A stretch of 64,000 bases of DNA from a bacterium (GCA_965203325.1 OZ241875.1:2056812-2120811); one strand, 5' to 3'. Positions 53,411-63,520 are shown, counted from the stretch's first letter. Notes: generated by a model not told the origin, from the sequence alone. Numbers and translations are program-made.

Positions 53411-53995
53411 ATGAGGCCGCTCCTGATGATGCTGTGCTTGTGGCTCATGGCGTGGACAGGTGCTGCGCCCGCGATGGCGGCGGGCGTTTCGTGCGACGAC
53501 TGGAACACGCAAGCCTTCTTCGAGCGCGCCGATGGAGCGGACATCGCCCGCTGCATCAAGGCCGGGGAGGACCCGGTCTCGCGGAGCGTATTCAGCGGAG
53601 ACACCCCTCTCCACAACGCTGCGGCTTACGGCAAGAATCCGGCGGTCATCGAGGCGCTGGTGAAAGCGGGGGCGAATCCCAACGCGCGGAATCTCTACAG
53701 GAGAACGACGCCCCTGCACGCGGCCGCGGCGTTCGGCGAAACGCCTGTGATAGTGGAGGCGCTCGTGAAGGCGGGCGCCAAGGTGAACATTCGGGATAAA
53801 TTCAAACAGACGCCCCTGCACACCGCTGCCAGAGAGAGCAGGACGCCTGCGGTCGTTCAGGCCCTGCTGGATGCGGGGGCGGACCCGGCGGCGAGAAACA
53901 AATCCGGCAAGACGCCGCGCGATTACGCGAAAGAAAACGCAGCGCTCAGGAGCACGGAAGTTTATGAGCGGCTGAAACAGGCGCGGTTCAGGTAG
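53411..53995 (+). CDS. secreted ankyrin-repeat protein (194 aa)
   Basis: Signal peptide MRPLLMMLCLWLMAWTGAAPAMA. Four to five ANK units (TPLH.AA.....VIEALVKAGANPNA). GAGGGTGAGG RBS. Confidence 0.85.
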   Translation: MRPLLMMLCLWLMAWTGAAPAMAAGVSCDDWNTQAFFERADGADIARCIKAGEDPVSRSVFSGDTPLHNAAAYGKNPAVIEALVKAGANPNARNLYRRTTPLHAAAAFGETPVIVEALVKAGAKVNIRDKFKQTPLHTAARESRTPAVVQALLDAGADPAARNKSGKTPRDYAKENAALRSTEVYERLKQARFR

Positions 53996-54193
53996 GGACC
54001 ATGTATGGACCACGGGACCGCCCCTCTCGACGATAAAACCACCCCCCCCTACCCCCTCCTCACTCGCGCCCGACCCCGGCTACCCTTTCCCCGGATTCCC
54101 TGCTAAAAGACGCAGGCGATGAAAGCCTGCGGGGATGCCTCCCGGGCAAGGAATTCGAACTTCTCATCATCAGTCATAAAAGGAGCGCAGGAA

Positions 54194-54664
54194 ATGGCGA
54201 TTCGGCCGAAGGAACTACCCGAAACCACGGAGAACTGGGCGGAAGCGGACTTCAAGGGCCATTCGAAGAGCATCGTCACCCTGATGCGCGGATACACCCT
54301 GGTGATGGACGAACCCAAGCACCTGGGCGGCTCCGGCGAGGGCCCCTCGCCCATGGACTATCAGGCGACCTCGCTCGCCGGCTGCACCGCGGTGATGCTC
54401 GAGAGATGCGCCAAGGACGCGAAGCTGGAAATCGCCTCCCTCAAGGTGAAATCGGCCATCGTCTACAGCCCCAGAGGCATCGCGGGCCGGGAGGGCTACC
54501 AATCGCACCCCACCGAGGCGCACAGCGAGATATGGATCGAGATCGACGCAGACCATGAGCAGATAGAAGCGCTCAAGGCGGAGTATTCCCGCAGATGCCC
54601 GGTGTACAACCTCTACAAGGCAAGCGGCTGTACGATGCGCGACACCTGGCACGTGAACCAATAG
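54194..54664 (+). CDS. OsmC family protein
   Basis: Motifs ..GGSGEGPSPMDYQATSLAGCTAVM.. and ..RCPVYN... AGGAG RBS. Confidence 0.8.
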   Translation: MAIRPKELPETTENWAEADFKGHSKSIVTLMRGYTLVMDEPKHLGGSGEGPSPMDYQATSLAGCTAVMLERCAKDAKLEIASLKVKSAIVYSPRGIAGREGYQSHPTEAHSEIWIEIDADHEQIEALKAEYSRRCPVYNLYKASGCTMRDTWHVNQ

Positions 54665-54941
54665 GACGGGGGACAAACGAGACGAGGACGCAAGCCCGCA
54701 AGCGATCCGCCGGGGCGGATCTTCCGGGGGCCGCTCCGCGGACGGTGGCCTGCCTCCCGCCCGTCATCCTAGGGTTTTTCAACGGCCCCTCATCCGCTGG
54801 AATCGACCCGCGCATTTGACGGCACGGCAGGGAAATCCAGGCGCAACAGGATATCCCCGCGGATCGGCTCCTCATGTAATCAAAGCGATAGGGGGTGAAT
54901 TAAAACTCGTGCGCTACCCCCTCACCGAGCTGAGCCAGTCC

Positions 54942-56768
54942 CTAGTCCTCGACCATGTAGGCCAGGCACCAGGCGCCCAGCCCCAGGTGGGTGGCGAAGA
55001 CCGGGGCCGTGGGGGCGCCGAGGATGTCCACGTCGCCGTAGCGCGCGTGCAGGGCGGACGAGACCTCCTCCACGATCTCCGGGCACCCGACGTGCACCAC
55101 GCCGAAGCGGAGTTTCCTTGCACTGGCCGGGATGCGGTCCTCCAGAAGACCCAGAACCGCCGGAAGCACCTTTTTGCGGCCGATCACCTTGCCGACCGGA
55201 ACGACCTTCCCCTCCCCGGTCAGCGACAGGATGGGCTTCACCCCCAGCATGCCACCGAACCAGGCCTGGCCCTTCCCCACCCTCCCCGAGTGCAGCAGGC
55301 GGTCGAAAGTGTCCACGGTGGCGAAAATGCCGGACTGCTCGCGCACGCGGGAGAGTTCGGCCAGGATATCGTCGGCGTTCATCCCGCTTTCCGCCAGTTC
55401 CGCCGCCTTCAGCACGAGCAGCCCCTCGAGAATCGACACGCCGCAGGAGTCGAACAGGTGTACCGGCACCTTGTCGAAGGTTCGCGCCGCCGCTTCCGCA
55501 GAACCGAAGGTGCCGGACACGCCGCTTCCCAGCACGACGCCCAGGATCTGGTCGCCGTCCTCGGCGGCCCGCGCGAAGCCGTCCACGAAGGCCTGCGGCG
55601 GAGGCTGCGAGGTTGTGGGCAGTTCTCCGCTGGCGTCGTGCATCTTCTCGTGGAATTCCTCCGCGGTGATGTCGATGCCGTCACGCAGGGGGCGGCCCCC
55701 GTCCACCAGCACGGCCGGGACAACGTGGATGCCGTGGGCGCGGATGGTGTCTTCGGGGAGATCGTTGCCGCTGTCGGTCACGATCGCGATGGGACGCCGC
55801 ACCAAGGACTGAAGGCCGCCCCCGCCGTGGCGCGCCGCCGCGTGCTGGGCGCGCATGTCCTCGGCTTTCTTCGTGGCGAGCCTGCCCAGCGTGCGCAGGT
55901 AGGAAAAGACTTCGTCAGGACCGTCCGTATGCACGTGCACCTTGAGCAGGGTATCGGAGCTGACCACGATTATGGAATCGCCATGGCGCCGCAGTTCCTC
56001 GCGCACGACCGCGGCCGCCGGCAGCCCCTCGCCGCGCACCAGCGCCTCGGTGCAGTAGCGGTACTGCTCCTCATCCTCGGGATACTCGAACCCGGCGACG
56101 CTCGCCGGGACCTGCGCGTAATCCGTCTCGTCTCCGGAGGCGACGAGCGGGTCCCCGTTGATGAGCAGGAGCACGCCCTCCAGCATGTGCACGAAACCGC
56201 GGCCGCCGGCGTCCACCACCCCCGCCGACTTGAGCACCGGCAGCAGCGTGGGCGTGCGATCGAGCGACTCGCGCGCGGCGTCCACCAGCCGGTCGACGCA
56301 GGGGACGAAGTCCGTGGCGGAACTCTCCTTCGCGGCGTTCGCGGTGTCCCGTATGACGGTCAGAATGGTGCCCTCGACCGGGTTGTCGAGCGCGTTGTAG
56401 AGGTTGTCGATGCCCCCGCCCAGCGCCTCCGCGAACCCGCGCGGACCCACGCGCTCGCGTCCTTTCAGGTGGGTCGCGAAGCCCAGCAGGAAGTGCGACA
56501 GCATCATCCCGCTGTTGCCGCGCGCTCCCAGCAGCGCCGCTTCGGCTGCATCGTCCGCGACGGCGGAAACTGCCCTGTCGCGGTTGCGCCGCAGGCGGTC
56601 CGCGATGGCCTCCACGGTGAGGCCCATGTTGGTGCCGGTGTCTCCGTCAGGCACCGGAAAGACGTTAATGCGGTTCAATTCCTGCCGCTGCTGGCGGGTA
56701 TACTCGCAGGCGGCGACCAGAGACCGGCGCAGGCGCGGTCCATCCAGGTAGGCGATGTGAGCACTCAT
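54942..56768 (-). CDS. DAK2 (DhaL-like) domain fused to DegV fatty-acid-binding domain
   Basis: N-terminal half: INVFPVPDGDTGTNM, ARGNSGMMLS. C-terminal half: IAIVTDSGNDLP..TTSQPPPQAF.. (DegV). GGGAGG RBS at the chosen start. Confidence 0.85.
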   Translation of the reverse strand: MSAHIAYLDGPRLRRSLVAACEYTRQQRQELNRINVFPVPDGDTGTNMGLTVEAIADRLRRNRDRAVSAVADDAAEAALLGARGNSGMMLSHFLLGFATHLKGRERVGPRGFAEALGGGIDNLYNALDNPVEGTILTVIRDTANAAKESSATDFVPCVDRLVDAARESLDRTPTLLPVLKSAGVVDAGGRGFVHMLEGVLLLINGDPLVASGDETDYAQVPASVAGFEYPEDEEQYRYCTEALVRGEGLPAAAVVREELRRHGDSIIVVSSDTLLKVHVHTDGPDEVFSYLRTLGRLATKKAEDMRAQHAAARHGGGGLQSLVRRPIAIVTDSGNDLPEDTIRAHGIHVVPAVLVDGGRPLRDGIDITAEEFHEKMHDASGELPTTSQPPPQAFVDGFARAAEDGDQILGVVLGSGVSGTFGSAEAAARTFDKVPVHLFDSCGVSILEGLLVLKAAELAESGMNADDILAELSRVREQSGIFATVDTFDRLLHSGRVGKGQAWFGGMLGVKPILSLTGEGKVVPVGKVIGRKKVLPAVLGLLEDRIPASARKLRFGVVHVGCPEIVEEVSSALHARYGDVDILGAPTAPVFATHLGLGAWCLAYMVED

Positions 56769-57081
56769 CGGCGCCTCCCGGTCGGCGCACCGGAGGACAG
56801 CCGGGACCACGAACCCTCGGCAGCGCCCGCGAGTCCGTTCCCTGCCCGGCAGGACCTCCAGGCTGGTGGTACACCACCCGGCGCGAATCGTCGTGACAAA
56901 CTTCTCACTGATGCCCCCTCTCGCCATTTCGCGAGCCAGCGCCTCGTGATCGCAGCGGTCCGGAACATGCTCCGCTCCCAGCCGGTCCGCGTCCGTGGAT
57001 AACGCAACATACCAGACGCAGGTTCGCCCGTATATGGCCGTACGCCCCATGCCCCGGCATGCGCGTACCAAATCGCGCCAC

Positions 57082-57309
57082 CTAAGGACCGGGATAGGCC
57101 TCGGGCGGTCTGGCGTCGTCCGGCGATCTCTTTGATTTTACTCGCTTTCTGGTGACGATGGAATCGTCCTTGAGCCGCGCGATGGGGTCTTCCTCATCGT
57201 CCCCGCGCCCGTAGGCGTTGCCCTTCTCGAACGCGAGCCTGCCGAAGAGACGGTTCAGGTTGTTGCGCGCGACCTCCTCGTCTTCGGCCTCATTCCTGCG
57301 TTTCTTCAT
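57082..57309 (-). CDS. hypothetical charged 75-aa protein
   Basis: G-rich RBS. Lies directly downstream of the MBL gene on the same strand. Confidence 0.45.
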   Translation of the reverse strand: MKKRRNEAEDEEVARNNLNRLFGRLAFEKGNAYGRGDDEEDPIARLKDDSIVTRKRVKSKRSPDDARPPEAYPGP

Positions 57310-57349
57310 GTCTGCCCTCTCCCCTGTTTCGCCGAGTAAAGTCAATAGT

Positions 57350-58456
57350 TTACAGGAATCGCCACCGCTCGCCCACCGCCATGATCCTGATGCGCGAGGC
57401 GTCCGCGCCCGTCTCGGCCATGTGCTGCTTGAGCACCCTGGGCGGATGGTCGAGCGGTTCATCCGTGAGGTCGAACGTACCCCAGTGCATGGGGATCATC
57501 CGGCGCGCGCCCAGATCGTGAAACGCCCGAAGCCCCTCGGCGGGGTTCATGTGGGAATAGCGCATCATCCAGCGGGGCTCGTACGCGCCGATGGGGAGCA
57601 TCGCCACGTCGATGGGGCCGAATTTGCGGCCGAACTCCCGAAACCCTTGAAAATAACCGCTGTCGCCGCCGTGATAATACTTCCGCCCGCCGGTCTCGAC
57701 CAACCACGAACACCAAAGCGTGGAGTCCCGCGCCATCCCGAAACGGTTCGACCAATGCTGCGCGGGCAGGCAGGTCAAGCGGGCGCCGCCGTGCTCGGCA
57801 CTCCGCCACCAGTCGAGTTCCACGGCGCGCCGGCCGAGCGATTCCACGAACCCGCCCAGCCCCATCGGCACGTACCACGTGACGTCTTCGGGGAGGTTCT
57901 CAATCGTCCACGAATCGAGGTGGTCGTAATGGTTGTGGGAGATCAGCGCCGCGGCGCCTTTCGGAATCGAGGCCGCAGGCACGCCCGGCGGCTGACGGCG
58001 CCCATGCCAAAAAGCGCCCGCGCCGAAATGCGGGTCCGTCAGGATGACGTTCGGGCCGTCCTGGATGATGAAGCCGCAATGGCCGATTGAGGTGATCGAG
58101 GGTTCGCTCTGCGGTTTCGACAGATACGCGCCGTCGTTGGAAACGACTGGAACTTCCGGCGTTTTGGCGTTTTTGATCTCTGCGAACTCGTTGCGGTACA
58201 GGAACTTCCATTTGTACAGATTGACCCGCGAGCCCGGATTCGGCCACCAGGGGTTGAACCACTTGCCCGGCCCCCCGTGCGGCAAATACAGGGAAGCCGC
58301 CTCGCGCGAGACGAGGCCTTGCGCTTCGGGAGGCGGCGCCGCCGGCCCCTTGATGCCCAGACCCATCTTCGCGCACCCTCCCGCCAGCCCCAGGGCGCCG
58401 AGACCTGCGAGACCGGCGCGCTTGAGAAATTTCCGTCTGCCGATTTTCGGTTTCAT
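57350..58456 (-). CDS. MBL-fold metallo-hydrolase with Tat signal (NAPE-PLD-like)
   Basis: Tat signal RRKFLKRAGLAGLGALGLAG. Metal motif ISHNHYDHLD. Confidence 0.85.
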   Translation of the reverse strand: MKPKIGRRKFLKRAGLAGLGALGLAGGCAKMGLGIKGPAAPPPEAQGLVSREAASLYLPHGGPGKWFNPWWPNPGSRVNLYKWKFLYRNEFAEIKNAKTPEVPVVSNDGAYLSKPQSEPSITSIGHCGFIIQDGPNVILTDPHFGAGAFWHGRRQPPGVPAASIPKGAAALISHNHYDHLDSWTIENLPEDVTWYVPMGLGGFVESLGRRAVELDWWRSAEHGGARLTCLPAQHWSNRFGMARDSTLWCSWLVETGGRKYYHGGDSGYFQGFREFGRKFGPIDVAMLPIGAYEPRWMMRYSHMNPAEGLRAFHDLGARRMIPMHWGTFDLTDEPLDHPPRVLKQHMAETGADASRIRIMAVGERWRFL

Positions 58457-58510
58457 CGCAATCCACGCGGCGGCGGTTTCAGACTGCCTCCAGACTCAAC
58501 GAAAAGTATA

Positions 58511-59383
58511 TCAGCCCAAAGACGTATACCACCCCGCAATCGCCCGGCCCATATCATCGGGCGAGTCCTCATGGCAGTAGTGCAGCCCGGCCACCGTCAC
58601 CTCCTTCACGTTCGGCCAACTGCGAATCATCCTGCGGTGTTCCCCCACGAGCACGGCGCCGGGGTCTGAATTGATGAACAGTTTCGGCACGGGGTGTTGC
58701 TCCAGCCAGGCGTTGTTGCGCTCGATGATTTCGAGCACGTCCGCGGGTTCACCCTCGATGGGAATCTCGCGCGGCCAGGTGAGGGTGGGCCTTCGATCCT
58801 CGCCGGGATTGCGATATGGCCTCCGGTATTCGTCGTGAATTTCCCGAGATACCTCGCGGATGACCATGGCGGGCAGAATCTTCTCCACAAAGAAGTTCTG
58901 CTCCAGAACGAGCTTCTCGCCCTCTCCGCTCCTGAACCTCTTGAAAAGCGCCTGTACTTCGGGCGGCCAATGGCTCCACTCGAAATCGCCTACGACGCCC
59001 TGACATATCACGACGCCCTTGAGCGCATCCTGTCGCTCCGACGCCCACGTGAAGCCCAGTTGCGCGCCCCAGTCGTGCGTCACGATGGTGACGTTCTCCG
59101 TGACCCCCAACGCATCCATGAGCGCGTTCGTGAAAGGCTGGTGATCCCTCAAGCGGTACATGGAGCCGGGGAGCTTTTCGGAATCGCCCTGGCCGATGTT
59201 GTCTATCGCGATGCAGCGGCCCAGCCCCTCGACGTGGGGAATCACGTTGCGCCACATGTAGGAGGAAGTGATGTTGCCGTGAAAAAAGACTATCGGGTCC
59301 CCCTCGCCCGCCTCGACGTAGGCCATCTTCCGGCCCAGGACTTCCGCGAATTTTTTCTCATACCTCATTCGAGGCTCTATCAT
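58511..59383 (-). CDS. haloalkane dehalogenase-like alpha/beta hydrolase
   Basis: Motifs HGNITSSYMWRNVIP and THDWGAQLG. Start taken at MIEPRMRYEKKF (GAGG RBS); a longer GTG start exists at 59413. Confidence 0.85.
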   Translation of the reverse strand: MIEPRMRYEKKFAEVLGRKMAYVEAGEGDPIVFFHGNITSSYMWRNVIPHVEGLGRCIAIDNIGQGDSEKLPGSMYRLRDHQPFTNALMDALGVTENVTIVTHDWGAQLGFTWASERQDALKGVVICQGVVGDFEWSHWPPEVQALFKRFRSGEGEKLVLEQNFFVEKILPAMVIREVSREIHDEYRRPYRNPGEDRRPTLTWPREIPIEGEPADVLEIIERNNAWLEQHPVPKLFINSDPGAVLVGEHRRMIRSWPNVKEVTVAGLHYCHEDSPDDMGRAIAGWYTSLG

Positions 59384-59405
59384 CGCCACCTCATTTGAAT
59401 CTGTT

Positions 59406-60452
59406 CTATTCACCTACCCGCAAGACCAGCTTGCCGCGCACGTGGCCCTCTTCCAGGAGCGTGTGGGCGGCGGCGATGTTCTGCGCGTTCATGACGCCCA
59501 TGTCGGTGGTCTGCGGCGCCTTGATCTCCCCCGCCTCCACCCAGTCGCGGATTTCTTCGAGCGCTTTCTTGTAGACGCCGTAATAGGCGGGGCCGCCCCC
59601 GCGCACGGGGGCGCGCAGGAAGGTGCCGTGAAACGAAGCCGACTTGGTGAACAGAGGGCCCTCCTGGGATGAGAAAAACTCGTCGATGGGCGCGCCCGGC
59701 TCGGGCGCAATGGAGGAGATTCGCCCCCAGTAGTCCACCACCTCGCAGCAGAGTTTCTTCATCTCGCGGCCCACGAAATCGAACGTGGCCGGATATAGAC
59801 GGCCTCCGTTCATCTCCACCGCCTTATCAGCCAACTCATCGAGCGAGAGCCCGGCATACCTGAGCACGCCGACGGGGACGGGTGCGAGCAAATCCTCGAT
59901 GTATCCGGCACTCTCATCGCTTCCCGCCGTCACGACGATGGGAGAAGCCCCGATGCGCGCGAGCATCTGGAGCCCCATGGTCCCGACGCCGCCCGAACCG
60001 CCCGCCACGAATACCGCTTCTCCCGCCTCCACCCTCGCCTTCATGATCACCGCCTCATGCGCGGTCAACGAGACGAGCGGCAGCGCGGCCGCCTGCTCGA
60101 AAGTGGCATTCCCGGGCTTTTTCACGACGAACGCCTGGTGGATGCACACGAACTGCGCGTATCCATCCCCGCCGCTGTCGCCGAACCTCGGGAGATAGGC
60201 CATCACCTCATCGCCGGGGGAGAACTCCGCCACATTTTCGCCCACCGATTCGACCACGCCCGCGGTATCCCGGCCCAGGATGATGGGCACCGCGCCCTGG
60301 TTGCCGCCTCGCCTGGCCTTGAAATCGGTCGGGTTCACGGAGACCGCCTTCGCCCGGATTTTCACCTGGTCGGCATCGGGTTCTCTCTCGGGCCATTCGG
60401 CGTCCTCGAAATTCTCCACACCTCCGAACTCCGTCAATACGACTGCTTGCAT
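59406..60452 (-). CDS. zinc-type alcohol dehydrogenase / quinone oxidoreductase (MDR family)
   Basis: Motifs ..VSVNPTDFKAR.. and ..VFVAGGSGGVG... AAGGAG RBS. Confidence 0.85.
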   Translation of the reverse strand: MQAVVLTEFGGVENFEDAEWPEREPDADQVKIRAKAVSVNPTDFKARRGGNQGAVPIILGRDTAGVVESVGENVAEFSPGDEVMAYLPRFGDSGGDGYAQFVCIHQAFVVKKPGNATFEQAAALPLVSLTAHEAVIMKARVEAGEAVFVAGGSGGVGTMGLQMLARIGASPIVVTAGSDESAGYIEDLLAPVPVGVLRYAGLSLDELADKAVEMNGGRLYPATFDFVGREMKKLCCEVVDYWGRISSIAPEPGAPIDEFFSSQEGPLFTKSASFHGTFLRAPVRGGGPAYYGVYKKALEEIRDWVEAGEIKAPQTTDMGVMNAQNIAAAHTLLEEGHVRGKLVLRVGE

Positions 60453-60465
60453 TTTCGCTCCTTTG

Positions 60466-61251
60466 CTAAACCATCCAGGCCCCGCCTGCGACGACCATTC
60501 CCTGTCCGGTGACGTTTCTGCTCTCATCGCTCGCAAGATAGACCGCCATGTGGCCCACGTCGTCCGGCGTCTGTTCGCGCCCCAGGGGAACCGTCGCCTC
60601 GACATACTCGTCGAAAACCCGTCTCGCGGACCTGTCCGTATCCGCGCCGATGATGACGCCGTGGCCCTTCTCCCAGATGTTCGTCCACAAAAGACCCGGG
60701 TTGATCGCGTTTACGTTCACGTTGTAGGGAGCCATCTCCCTGGCGAAGCTCATGGTGAAGTTCATGCACGCCGCCTTGGACGCGGAATAATGCGGCACGT
60801 CCGCGTTCGCGCGCCTCGCGGCGAGCGAGGCCAGATTGATGATTTTCCCGTACCCCCGCTCGCGCATGTGGGGAGCAATCGCCCGGCACATCAGAAAAAC
60901 GCCCGCCGCGTTGACTGCGAACACGGCGTTCCATTCATCCAGCGTTATCCGGTCGATGGGCCTTCCCACGAGCGCGGCCCCCCTGCCGTGGCAGTTCACC
61001 AGAATGTCGACATGCCCCATCCGCTCGACCGCCGTCCGGGCGATGCTCTCGGCGTCCGCCTCGCTCGACACGTCCGCCGCTAGGGCGAAATGCGCCCCTT
61101 CGCCCGCGTCGTCGAGTCCTCCTTGAGTCGCCTCGTCACTCAAGTCGACCACGCAAATTTGCGCGCCCTCCCGGGAGAAAGCGCGGACGATGGCCCGGCC
61201 GATTCCACCGCCGCCGCCCGTGACGACCGCCTTCTTCCCTTCCAGGCGCAT
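60466..61251 (-). CDS. SDR family oxidoreductase (copy 1)
   Basis: TGGGGGIG cofactor loop and YSASK catalytic motif. Confidence 0.88.
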   Translation of the reverse strand: MRLEGKKAVVTGGGGGIGRAIVRAFSREGAQICVVDLSDEATQGGLDDAGEGAHFALAADVSSEADAESIARTAVERMGHVDILVNCHGRGAALVGRPIDRITLDEWNAVFAVNAAGVFLMCRAIAPHMRERGYGKIINLASLAARRANADVPHYSASKAACMNFTMSFAREMAPYNVNVNAINPGLLWTNIWEKGHGVIIGADTDRSARRVFDEYVEATVPLGREQTPDDVGHMAVYLASDESRNVTGQGMVVAGGAWMV

Positions 61252-61312
61252 TCGCATTCCTCCCTGCAGGAAACCTGGACTCATGACACCGGGGTTGTTT
61301 CGTTCGACCTGC

Positions 61313-62098
61313 CTAGGCCATCCAGGCCCCGCCTGCGAGGAGCAGGCCCTGCCCCGTGACGTTTTTGCTCTCATCGCTCGCGAGATAAACCGCCATGTGG
61401 CCCACGTCGTCGGGCGTCTGTTCGCGGCCCAGGGGAACCGCCGCCTGGACGAACTCGTCGAACACCTGTCTCGCGGGCCGGTCCGTCTCCGCCCCGATGA
61501 TGACGCCGTGGCCCTTTTCCCAGAGATTCGTCCACAACAGACCCGGGTTGATCGCGTTCACGTTCACGCTGTAGGGGGCCATCTCCTTGGCGAGACTCAT
61601 GGTGAAGTTCATGCACGCCGCCTTGGAGGCGCAGTAATGCGGCACGTTTTCGTTCGCGCGCCTCGAGGCGAGCGAGGCCAGGTTGATGATTTTCCCGTAT
61701 CTGCGTTCGCGCATGTGGAAGGCGATGGCGCGGCACATCAGGAACACGCCCGTCGCGTTCACGCTGAAAACGGCGTTCCATTCCTCGAGCGTTATGTTAT
61801 CGATGGGGTTTCCCATGAGCGCCGACGCCCTGCCGTGGCAGTTCACGAGTATGTCGATATGCCCCATCCGCCCGATGGCGGTGCCTATGATGTTCTCCAC
61901 TTCTGACTCGCTCGTCACGTCCGCCGCCAGGGCGAAGTGCTCCCCCTCGCCGGCGTCGTCGAGCCCCTGCCCAGCTACTTCGTCACTGACGTCGACCACG
62001 CAAATCCGCGCGCCCTCGCGGGCGAACGCCCGGATGATGCCCCGACCGATTCCGCCGCCGCCGCCCGTGACGACCGCTGTTTTTCCCTCCAAACGCAT
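61313..62098 (-). CDS. SDR family oxidoreductase (copy 2, tandem paralog)
   Basis: TGGGGGIG and YCASK motifs. Collinear with copy 1 at the protein and nucleotide level, with an 847-bp period. Confidence 0.88.
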   Translation of the reverse strand: MRLEGKTAVVTGGGGGIGRGIIRAFAREGARICVVDVSDEVAGQGLDDAGEGEHFALAADVTSESEVENIIGTAIGRMGHIDILVNCHGRASALMGNPIDNITLEEWNAVFSVNATGVFLMCRAIAFHMRERRYGKIINLASLASRRANENVPHYCASKAACMNFTMSLAKEMAPYSVNVNAINPGLLWTNLWEKGHGVIIGAETDRPARQVFDEFVQAAVPLGREQTPDDVGHMAVYLASDESKNVTGQGLLLAGGAWMA

Positions 62099-62374
62099 TC
62101 GCATCCCTCCTTGATGAAACGCCACTTATTGAACGGAGAAAACCGCTCACACACCCTTCGAGACTGAAACGAGATATTCCTTCCTGAAACACGATGTCCG
62201 CCGATTCTAGCAAGATTCGAACGGGGTGAGTATCTCCTGACCCCAACGCCTGAAACTCAACCTCGGGGAGTTTCCCCCGCACGGGGAGAATGGTATTCTC
62301 CCCCCGTTTCGAAACCCTTTACACAACGACCGCAGACGTCGTCAGGACGTCCCTCAAAACGACAGGAGCATGAA

Positions 62375-62809
62375 ATGTCTCTGATCAAAATGGCGAAAGA
62401 ATCCATCGACATCGGCATCGTGGTGAAAGACCTCGACGTCGCCGAGAAATTCTATGGCGGCGTGCTGGGCCTTCCGATCGTGCGCGAAGTCGAGATTACT
62501 GCGGATAAGGCCTCACAAGCCGGCTGCGCCTCGGGCAGGTTCGAGTTCAAGGCGTTTCAGGCCGGCGAGGTGCAACTCAAGGTCGTCCAGGCGGATTCGG
62601 ACCCGCCAGCAGGCGGCGGAATCGTGGACGCCTCGACGGGATACCGGTACCTCACGTTCACCGTGGAGAGCGTCCAGGATGCGCACGACGCACTCGTGGC
62701 GGCGGGCGTGAAGATGATGGGCGAAATCACCGAGGTCGTGCCGGGCCGATTTATCATCTTCTTCCAGGACCCCGACGGAAATATGCTGGAGTGCGTCGGC
62801 CCCAGATAG
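62375..62809 (+). CDS. VOC (glyoxalase/bleomycin-resistance/dioxygenase) family protein
   Basis: Motifs ..IDIGIVVKDLDVAEKFYGGVLGL.. and ..FFQDPDGNMLE... Confidence 0.8.
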   Translation: MSLIKMAKESIDIGIVVKDLDVAEKFYGGVLGLPIVREVEITADKASQAGCASGRFEFKAFQAGEVQLKVVQADSDPPAGGGIVDASTGYRYLTFTVESVQDAHDALVAAGVKMMGEITEVVPGRFIIFFQDPDGNMLECVGPR

Positions 62810-62899
62810 GTCTTGTACGCGCGGGTATCCCGCCCATTTTGAAACAAGACGCAGGCGCGCCCCCGGGCAATCGCCTTGCTGCCCAGCCGGAGTATCGAG

Positions 62900-63520
62900 A
62901 TGTCCGGGTTTCTCCAGGAGTATCTGGTGGAATTCGCTTATGGCGGGGTGTTTCTCGTCCTGTTGCTCTGCGGCCTCGGCCTCCCCGTTCCTGAAGACAT
63001 CCCCATCGTCACCTCGGGCTATCTCGTGCATCTGGGCGCCATGAGTTTCTGGCCCGCGCTCGGCGTGAACCTGCTGGGCATCATGCTGGGCGACCTGATG
63101 ATCTACGGCTTCGGCTACTGGATGGGCCCGAAAGCGCTCGATCACCGCATGCTCCGCCCCATCTTCACGCCAAACCGGATGGAGAAAGTGAACCGCTTTT
63201 TCGATCGTCACGGAAAAAAGGCCATCTTCTTCGGCCGCTTCGTTGCGGGATTGCGCGCGCCGCTTTTTCTCGCGGCGGGAATCACCCGGCTTCCGCTTCG
63301 CGTATTCTTCGGCATGGATCTGGCTGCGGCGCTCCTGAGCGTGCCGTTGCTGCTCGCGGCGGCCTGGTATTTCGGGGATCACATCGACGAATTTCGACAG
63401 ATGGTCGGAACGGGCAAGGCCGTCTTCATCCTACTCCTGGGAGCCGCGACCCTCTTGTGGGGTGGAAAATATCTGTGGCGAAAGTGGTGGTCGAAAGACT
63501 CCCGCCCCGCTTCAAGCTGA
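62900..63520 (+). CDS. DedA family membrane protein
   Basis: Motifs ..GLPVPEDIPIVTSGY.. and ..FFGRFVAGLRAPLFLAAG... Confidence 0.85.
   Translation: MSGFLQEYLVEFAYGGVFLVLLLCGLGLPVPEDIPIVTSGYLVHLGAMSFWPALGVNLLGIMLGDLMIYGFGYWMGPKALDHRMLRPIFTPNRMEKVNRFFDRHGKKAIFFGRFVAGLRAPLFLAAGITRLPLRVFFGMDLAAALLSVPLLLAAAWYFGDHIDEFRQMVGTGKAVFILLLGAATLLWGGKYLWRKWWSKDSRPASS

Noticed and set aside
1091-57002. Very long ORFs antisense to real genes: 1091-3394(+), 4513-5622(-), 11203-12900(+), 17345-20173(+), 24735-25895(-), 32659-34239(+), 36609-38087(+), 54816-57002(+), and many 100-350-aa ORFs.
   Set aside because: These are typical shadow ORFs of GC-rich DNA. Their products are Arg/Pro/Gly/Ala-rich with no motifs. 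Each overlaps a gene on the other strand that has clear family signatures and an RBS.
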